A program made the translations under genes and the position numbers. Source: Polyangiales bacterium (lineage in GTDB: Bacteria > Myxococcota_A > Polyangia > Polyangiales > Houyiibacteriaceae). From it: a stretch of 64,000 nucleotides of DNA. The notes under the pieces are model-generated. The model had not been told where the DNA came from. It searched no databases and saw only the letters and a program-made list of their open reading frames with translations. The first letter of the stretch is position 1, and each line of letters opens with the position of its first letter. Positions 58,102 to 64,000 of the stretch are shown here, piece after piece. Location of the stretch: contig JBGCFM010000039.1 in NCBI GenBank assembly GCA_045106895.1, positions 160,001-224,000 on the forward strand, read 5' to 3'.

Positions 58102-58509
58102 ATGGTTCGCATCTTTACAGTGCTTTTTGCCCTTCTTGCCCTCTCCGCCTGTGGCGGCCCTTCGGAATACGTCGTTGTCGGAACTGCCCGCGCCGCCGGT
58201 GCTGACGGCCTCATCACGGTGGAGAAGACCGAGAGCAACAACCTCCTCAGCATCGAAGTTGAGAATCTGGCACCTCCCGGCCGAATCAGCGAAGGCACCA
58301 CCGTTTACGTGGTGTGGTTCAAGCCCCCAACCGGTCCACTCACGGCCCAGGGAACTCTTGAGTACGATCCAGACGATCGCGTCGGTCGCTTCAGCGCTAC
58401 GTCGATTCACGCGGAACTTCAGGTCATCGTCTCCGCCGAGATCGATGCCACGGCCAACTCGCCAAGCGAGGTCGTCATCCTTCGACAGGACGTCGTCGCC
58501 CCGAACTAA
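58102..58509 (+). CDS. lipoprotein, RskA-C-terminal-like beta domain
   Basis: AGGAG RBS; LSAC lipobox; YVVW...G.L...VSAE. Confidence 0.7.
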   Translation: MVRIFTVLFALLALSACGGPSEYVVVGTARAAGADGLITVEKTESNNLLSIEVENLAPPGRISEGTTVYVVWFKPPTGPLTAQGTLEYDPDDRVGRFSATSIHAELQVIVSAEIDATANSPSEVVILRQDVVAPN

Positions 58510-58555
58510 GTTTCAGTCCGCGCGGATTTTCACAGCGCGGATTCTCGCCAAAAAG

Positions 58556-58589
58556 AACGTCGCACACCTTCAGGTGTGTGGCGTTTTTT
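58556..58589 (+). terminator. rho-independent terminator
   Basis: aacgtcgcacacc-ttca-ggtgtgtggcgtt then TTTT. Confidence 0.75.
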
Positions 58590-58641
58590 CGTTCTTGGTG
58601 TTTAGCGCTCGGGCGGACCGAGTCTTGCTTACTAAGAGCCC

Positions 58642-59793
58642 ATGACTGTCCGGCCACTCACTCAAAGTGTGAATCACACGTTCCGAACGCCACAGGTTGG
58701 CGAGCGCTTTGAAGGGCGATGGTTGGTTCACACGCAACTCCCCGCCCGCGGTCGTTTTTGCCGTTTTGCCGCGAGGGACGAAGCTCTAGAGGTCGAAGTC
58801 GAACTGGAGCTCCTGCTAAATCCAAGCGGTGATGAGCGCTCCATCGCGGCGCGATTCCTCACCCAATGCCGTGACAACAGTGAGCGTCGACCTGTGAGCA
58901 TTCTAACGGTGATCGTGTACGGGCGTGACGAACGGACTGGGTCAGTGTGGGCCGTACGCCACACCCCCGGCCCGTCCATGTCGGATGCCTTCGACGTTCA
59001 CTCTCTTCTCAACGAAGGCAGCACCACTCTTCTTTTGGCGGGCGTCCACCACGCTTCAGGCCGAGAGGTCGCGATCAAAATCTTGCGCCGCTCGTTTCTC
59101 GGGCAGAAGACCGCCGTTGAGCGTTTTCGCCGGGAAGCCCGCCTCGCCCATGACCTACGAAGCCCGAATATCCCTGCCAGCATCGCTCAAGGCGTCAGCG
59201 ACGACGGGCGCCTCTATTTCGCCATCGAACGTTTTCCGGGCCTGTCGTTGGCCGAGACACTTGAGCAGGGTCCTGTCTCATTCCAGGTGGCGGGCCTCAT
59301 CGCCCAAGGGATCGGCGCAGCTCTTCGCGTCGCCCACGCCCAAGGCATCGTCCACCGCGACGTGACCCCCGCGAACGTCCTCCTCGCAGGTACGGCCAAA
59401 AACGTCGAGGACATCAAGCTCCTCGATTTTGGCATCGCGAGCGTACCGAAGACGCGGGAGCCAAAACTGAGTCAGATCGGCCGCTTTGTCGGCACCCCAG
59501 CACACTGTGCGCCCGAGCAGTTCTACGGCTTTGGCATCGACGCCAAAGCCGACGTCTACGGGCTCGCCTCCACCCTCTATCACGCACTGACGGGCAGTGT
59601 TCCGTACACCGCGCCGGTCCAGGATCTCATCAAGGCGAAAGCCAGCGGTCCACCGCCCGCGCCTTCCAGCGTCCGACCCGGCATCCCCGAAACCGTCGAT
59701 CGCTGGCTTCTCGCGCCCCTCCAAGTGGACCCAGCAGAGCGTCCCACGCTTGAGCACTGGCTTGCGTGCATACCGCGAACACATCTTCGATAA
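58642..59793 (+). CDS. cytoplasmic Ser/Thr protein kinase
   Basis: VAIK, RFRREA, HRDVTPAN, DFG, GTPAHCAPEQ, DVYG. Confidence 0.85.
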   Translation: MTVRPLTQSVNHTFRTPQVGERFEGRWLVHTQLPARGRFCRFAARDEALEVEVELELLLNPSGDERSIAARFLTQCRDNSERRPVSILTVIVYGRDERTGSVWAVRHTPGPSMSDAFDVHSLLNEGSTTLLLAGVHHASGREVAIKILRRSFLGQKTAVERFRREARLAHDLRSPNIPASIAQGVSDDGRLYFAIERFPGLSLAETLEQGPVSFQVAGLIAQGIGAALRVAHAQGIVHRDVTPANVLLAGTAKNVEDIKLLDFGIASVPKTREPKLSQIGRFVGTPAHCAPEQFYGFGIDAKADVYGLASTLYHALTGSVPYTAPVQDLIKAKASGPPPAPSSVRPGIPETVDRWLLAPLQVDPAERPTLEHWLACIPRTHLR

Positions 59794-59809
59794 ACGCTCA
59801 GTCTTCGCT

Positions 59810-61276
59810 ATGCTCAGCTCGTTCATGGGCATCGGATACAACGGAAAGAAAGCGTGGATCTACGGCCCGAAGGGCCTCGTGTGCGACGACGGAACAGAGG
59901 TCCGTGCTGTCCTCGATGCTGACGCATTGGGCTTCGACGCCGACAACTCACGCGCCGCGATCCTCTCGGTGCACACCGACGGTGGACACTTGGTCTCCGG
60001 AGAAGGCGAGCTTCTGGCCTTTGACACCAACGGCGCCATCCGCCCCGATGGGCGACGTGTATACGCACTCTCCCCGATGGGCGACGAGAAGTGGGCGCTG
60101 GCTACGCGTGAAGGCCGTGAAGTCGTGGTGCGCGTCGGTCGACGCGGCAGCGAGAGCTTGAGACTGCGAAGTCCACGTGGCCCGACCAAGGTGCCGGTCA
60201 CGCTTCCCTGGAAAGGCGACGAGGCGACGTTCACACGTCGCAAGCGCCTTAGCGAAAACCCCGGTCGCTTGCGCCTCCGTTCGTCGCTTAGCTCCCTCGT
60301 CCTTGCCGACGCGGATGCTGGACTCGTCGCTTTGTGGACCGAAGGCGACATGGACTGGCGCCTCGCACTTCGCTTTCCCACGAACACCGAGAGTGATCTC
60401 GACGCGCATCCCTACCGAGACGGCGTCATCGTCGCCCTGCGCTCCGACAGCGGCCACGGTGCGTTGCTCTTCTTTGACGCCGAAGGCGCGCTCCAAGAGA
60501 ACGTCAGCGTGGAACGACTCGGCGCGTGCGCCACGGACGACCGGGGCATGGTCTTCTCGGACGGGCCCTACCTTCGACGTTGGACGCCCGGCGAAGGCGC
60601 CATCAGCATCCTGGAGGCGGAATGTCTCCTCAACAAAGGCGGAGAGATCGTCGCTGCCCCCGACGGCCGCTTCCTCCTGCAGCAGAACGAACGCGCATAC
60701 TGGCTGGAGCGGGACCCCGAAGAGCCTGCACGCTGGTACTCTCGGGCGATTCCAGAGCCGACGAACAAGGCGCAGCCGATGGTTGTGTCGAAGGCGAAGC
60801 TCGTACGCAAGAAGAAGAGCCCCCCACAGCTTGAGCTCGACGCCATGCTCGAAGCCCAGGCCTGGAACTTCTATGAGGGTGAAGCGGAACTCGTCTTCCA
60901 TCTTGTGACGACGGGCGGGCCGGCGGAAGGGCTCGTCGTCGAAGTCGGAGGTGCGGGAGCCCGCCTCTTTGTCCCTGAGATGCTCTGCATCGACGGTGGT
61001 GCCGAAGCGAGCGTTGAGTTCAAGGGCAGACGCGCAGAGGTATCGTGCCCGCTCCCCGCAGGCGTTGAGATTCCCACCGTTCCAAAGCCCGTGGCCCGCC
61101 GAAAAGCCGACGCCAAGGCATGGCGATGGGCGCAACACCCGCCGGACTGCCGCGTGACCCTAAGGGTGCGTGGCAAAGCCGCCGTGGGCAGCGCGCTGCT
61201 CACGATCCGCATCGGCTTCGTCGGACACGAACGTGTCGGCTCACTTCTCCGTGGGCAGACGCTCGCAGTTTCCTAG
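59810..61276 (+). CDS. hypothetical protein (beta-rich)
   Basis: 488-aa ORF with coding bias, 16 bp after the kinase. Confidence 0.65.
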   Translation: MLSSFMGIGYNGKKAWIYGPKGLVCDDGTEVRAVLDADALGFDADNSRAAILSVHTDGGHLVSGEGELLAFDTNGAIRPDGRRVYALSPMGDEKWALATREGREVVVRVGRRGSESLRLRSPRGPTKVPVTLPWKGDEATFTRRKRLSENPGRLRLRSSLSSLVLADADAGLVALWTEGDMDWRLALRFPTNTESDLDAHPYRDGVIVALRSDSGHGALLFFDAEGALQENVSVERLGACATDDRGMVFSDGPYLRRWTPGEGAISILEAECLLNKGGEIVAAPDGRFLLQQNERAYWLERDPEEPARWYSRAIPEPTNKAQPMVVSKAKLVRKKKSPPQLELDAMLEAQAWNFYEGEAELVFHLVTTGGPAEGLVVEVGGAGARLFVPEMLCIDGGAEASVEFKGRRAEVSCPLPAGVEIPTVPKPVARRKADAKAWRWAQHPPDCRVTLRVRGKAAVGSALLTIRIGFVGHERVGSLLRGQTLAVS

Positions 61277-61291
61277 CGACCCTAGGGCCCG

Positions 61292-61747
61292 CTACGCGTC
61301 TTCCAACGCGCGGGTAAGTACCTCGTCGAGATCCGAGACGATCTGAGGGGGTAGCACCTGCGCCAAGAGATGAGCGCCACCATCGATGCTTCGAAAGTCG
61401 AGGTCCGCGACGTGCGCGCGCAGAGCCTGTGCAGCGCGATGCAGAAGGTAGAGGTCGTCGAGGTGACCAACGAGCGCGCGACCCGCGCGCGCCGGAACAG
61501 CGTCGTCTTCAAGGAGCAGATAACGCAGCACGGAGTTGAAGAGGGTCCTCGCCGCGGGCGGCGCGTCGCCGTGGTAGAGCGCGCCATCGAGAGCCAAGAG
61601 CAGCCCTGGCATCGCCTCGAGCGCGTGTTGCAGATGAACCGCCGTGTCGACGTCGAGACCGCGGCTTGTGACGAACGCTTCAAGCTCGCCTCGGTGCTCG
61701 TCGAGGAGGGCGCGAACGCCCCGGTCCAGTAGTTTGTGCAGCGCCAT
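61292..61747 (-). CDS. DUF1232 (YkvA-like) protein
   Basis: LRYLLLEDDAVP...VGHLDDLY resembles the Y...P.D.IPD...G.LDD motif. Confidence 0.65.
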   Translation of the reverse strand: MALHKLLDRGVRALLDEHRGELEAFVTSRGLDVDTAVHLQHALEAMPGLLLALDGALYHGDAPPAARTLFNSVLRYLLLEDDAVPARAGRALVGHLDDLYLLHRAAQALRAHVADLDFRSIDGGAHLLAQVLPPQIVSDLDEVLTRALEDA

Positions 61748-61749
61748 CG

Positions 61750-62817
61750 TCAGTCGCCGAAGATACGCTCAAGGGCCTGAAGTCCAAGCTCCATGGCCAG
61801 CTCCTCTGCGTCCTCGATGTGCCGGGCGGCCCCTCCTCGACGCATGGCCAGAAGCAGAGGCTCAAGCCGCGCGCGTGCGCCCCCATCGCTCTTGGGCGCG
61901 GCGGAACTCGGCGCAGCCGCGCGATAAGACGGCGCACTCCGCGGCGCTTCCACGACCGGCTCCGGCGGAGGCGCGGGGAAGCCGCTCACGGTCCGTGGTT
62001 TTACGGGTGCGGGCTTTGGCTCCGGTGGCGCGACGGATTCAAACACCGACTCTTCCGGTTCTGCTTCCGGCGGCGGCGCGATGGGCGGCGGCGCGAGAGG
62101 CGGCGGAAAGCCGCTCGGAGAAAACTCGGGCCGGGGCCGAAGCATGTCTGCTTTCGTCGCCTCCACGGGGAGTGGCGCAGCGGACGGCACCTCGAACTTG
62201 GCGGGAATGGAAATCTGAGGTCGGGTCGGTGCGGGGACCGAGGGCGCGCGGAGTGTTGGGGTCTTCGGACGCGGAGGCGCGGACGGCGCTGCCCGCGAAC
62301 GCATGGGAGGCGGTGGACGCCACGAGGGCGTGCTCTGGGCCGCCGAGATCTTCGGCGGAGTTCCCGATGGAGCCATCGAAGGCGAAGGTGAAGGCACACG
62401 TGCCGGCGCGGCTTTGGGCGCGGCTTTGGGCGCGGGTGGCGCAGCCTGCTGCGACTTGCGCAAAGCCTCGAGGGCAGCGATGTCGACTTCGCCCGTGCGC
62501 TCGCCCGTCATGAACGACTCCGCCGCGAGATGAACTCGCTCGAACATCACTTCATTCATCACATCGAACTGCAACGTTCCGAGACGAACGCGGTGACCGG
62601 CACCCGATGATGCGCAAGCCTCGCACCGTCCCATGCCTTCGAGGAATACATCGCCGGTGTTCAAGCGCAGCTCGAAGGCCGCCCACTCTCCGATCGGGAC
62701 AGCGCTATTTGAAAGCACCTCAATGGACTCCCCGCTCACGCGAGTGGCGAGAAGATCCGCCGCTGACGACTTGGAATCCGCTTCGATCGTCTCTTCAACC
62801 CGGTACCCCATGGCCAT
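61750..62817 (-). CDS. hypothetical protein with a PilZ-like N-terminus and a Pro-rich linker
   Basis: GEWAAFELRLNTGDVFLEGMGRC; long P/A-rich region. Confidence 0.6.
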   Translation of the reverse strand: MAMGYRVEETIEADSKSSAADLLATRVSGESIEVLSNSAVPIGEWAAFELRLNTGDVFLEGMGRCEACASSGAGHRVRLGTLQFDVMNEVMFERVHLAAESFMTGERTGEVDIAALEALRKSQQAAPPAPKAAPKAAPARVPSPSPSMAPSGTPPKISAAQSTPSWRPPPPMRSRAAPSAPPRPKTPTLRAPSVPAPTRPQISIPAKFEVPSAAPLPVEATKADMLRPRPEFSPSGFPPPLAPPPIAPPPEAEPEESVFESVAPPEPKPAPVKPRTVSGFPAPPPEPVVEAPRSAPSYRAAAPSSAAPKSDGGARARLEPLLLAMRRGGAARHIEDAEELAMELGLQALERIFGD

Positions 62818-62905
62818 AGACTATCCGAAGTAGCCAAGATTGGGGATTCCTTCGACTCTTGAAGCGGTCGCCGATTTTCGGGCAACCTGATAGGGTCGGC
62901 TCGCT

Positions 62906-63901
62906 ATGAGCGACTACGGATACCCATCGGCTCCGGCCGGCAATCCAATGGGTCAAATGCCCATGAATCAGCCGCCACCGGTGTACCCAAAGCTGGACGT
63001 CGGGGACGTCCTGCAGACCACCGCCGGGCTCGTAGGCAAGAACTTTGTCTCTTTCTCCGCCGTCGCGGTCCTCTTCGCGGTGCCCGGGCTCATTCTCAAC
63101 GGGATCATCGCGAAGATTGTGATGGGTTCCATGGTTGCGATGCAGCAGGCCGCCATGAGCGGCGACTTCCGCGCGATGCTCGACGCGTTCCCGATGAACA
63201 GCGTGATCTTCAGCATGGTGGGGGGCTTCCTCAACGCAGTCCTGGTCTACATGGGCATGGGAACCCTCATGTACGCGGCCGTCGAATCCCTGGCTGGGCG
63301 ACAGCGCTCCGTCGGCGAGGTGCTCTCCCGCGGCATGAGCTCGGGCCCGAGCGTCGCCATCGTCGCCGTGGTGCTGATGGTCGCTCAGACCGTGTCCGTC
63401 CTTCCCGGCGGTATCGCCATGACTCTAGCCACCATCGGCGCCGCAGCTGGCGGCTTCGAAGCGATGCTCTGCTGTCTCTTGCCCACGGGCCTGCTGATGG
63501 TGTTGATCCCATTCGTCTACGTGGTCATCGTGCTTTTCTTAGCCATTCCCAGCGCGGTCCTCGAAGGCATCGGACCCATCGCGGCGCTGAGCCGCAGCGT
63601 TCAGCTCACGAAGGGACACCGCGGCACCATCTTCTTGATCATCTTTCTGATGGGCCTAGTGATGATTTTCCTCGCCTTCGTGCTCGGGCTGCTCGGCGGC
63701 GGCTCAAACCAGATCGACCCGACAACGATGCAGTTTCAAGAGCCGACGATGTTTAGCTACATCATGAACCTCTTCACTCAGTTCATCATGACGATGTTCC
63801 GAATCGTCGTCACCGGCGCGCTCGCGTCGGTCATCTACGCTCGCATCCGCGGACTCAAAGACGGCGTCGACGCGAACGCCATCGCGCAGGTCTTCAGCTA
63901 G
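62906..63901 (+). CDS. multi-TM membrane protein (GPDPase membrane-domain-like)
   Basis: About 6 TMs; P..VLEG.G...AL.RS..LTKG motif. Confidence 0.75.
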   Translation: MSDYGYPSAPAGNPMGQMPMNQPPPVYPKLDVGDVLQTTAGLVGKNFVSFSAVAVLFAVPGLILNGIIAKIVMGSMVAMQQAAMSGDFRAMLDAFPMNSVIFSMVGGFLNAVLVYMGMGTLMYAAVESLAGRQRSVGEVLSRGMSSGPSVAIVAVVLMVAQTVSVLPGGIAMTLATIGAAAGGFEAMLCCLLPTGLLMVLIPFVYVVIVLFLAIPSAVLEGIGPIAALSRSVQLTKGHRGTIFLIIFLMGLVMIFLAFVLGLLGGGSNQIDPTTMQFQEPTMFSYIMNLFTQFIMTMFRIVVTGALASVIYARIRGLKDGVDANAIAQVFS

Positions 63902-63906
63902 GCGCG

Positions 63907-64000
63907 ATGTTCCTTCGCCCGATGTTCGCCCGCTCCTGGCGCGCGCTTCTCTTTGCAGGCGCTCTGTTCGCGGCTGTGGTGGTGGTCCTTTCCTCATCAA
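63907..64000 (+). CDS. 5' end of a probable exported protein (truncated by the window)
   Basis: MFLRPMFARSWRALLFAGALFAAVVVVLSS signal-like start. Confidence 0.4.
   Translation, partial: MFLRPMFARSWRALLFAGALFAAVVVVLSSS

Noticed and set aside
62407..62434. 12-bp repeat gcggctttgggc x2
   Set aside because: Ordinary low-complexity APKA linker in a Pro-rich protein.

Overview
A GC-rich, gene-dense chromosomal window. It is most consistent with a Polyangia/Sandaracinaceae-like myxobacterium, inferred from three Hanks-type Ser/Thr kinases, PEGA/TPR proteins, AgmX/PglI-type C-terminal domains and many Cys-rich 'DAG'-linker lipoproteins. It holds about 60 CDS and one tRNA-Thr(CGT). I found no CRISPR array, integrase, transposase or prophage. 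Recognisable genes are an Fpg/Nei glycosylase, a CDGSH Fe-S protein, a secreted EEP nuclease, an L,D-transpeptidase, a MarR/DUF4336 pair, two LysRs, a limonene-epoxide-hydrolase-family protein, katG, a GH19 chitinase and a divergent glmS. The best candidate for an undescribed system is at 35.3-39.5 kb: a NorR-like GAF-AAA+-HTH activator that keeps the iron-ligand motif, two tandem palindromic enhancer-like sites, and a -24/-12 sigma-54 promoter facing a 55-aa membrane ORF and a catalase-peroxidase with a probable export signal. Other points of interest are a plant-type 'loopful' GH19 chitinase, a lipoprotein with tandem disintegrin-like repeats, a kinase-TPR/PEGA-Cys-rich surface-protein cassette, a structured 5' leader at about 1 kb, a gene frameshifted by a 19-bp tandem duplication, three tandem paralogous membrane proteins and a LysR-coupled 1429-aa HEAT-like protein. 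All family calls come from reading motifs by eye; no database searches were run.
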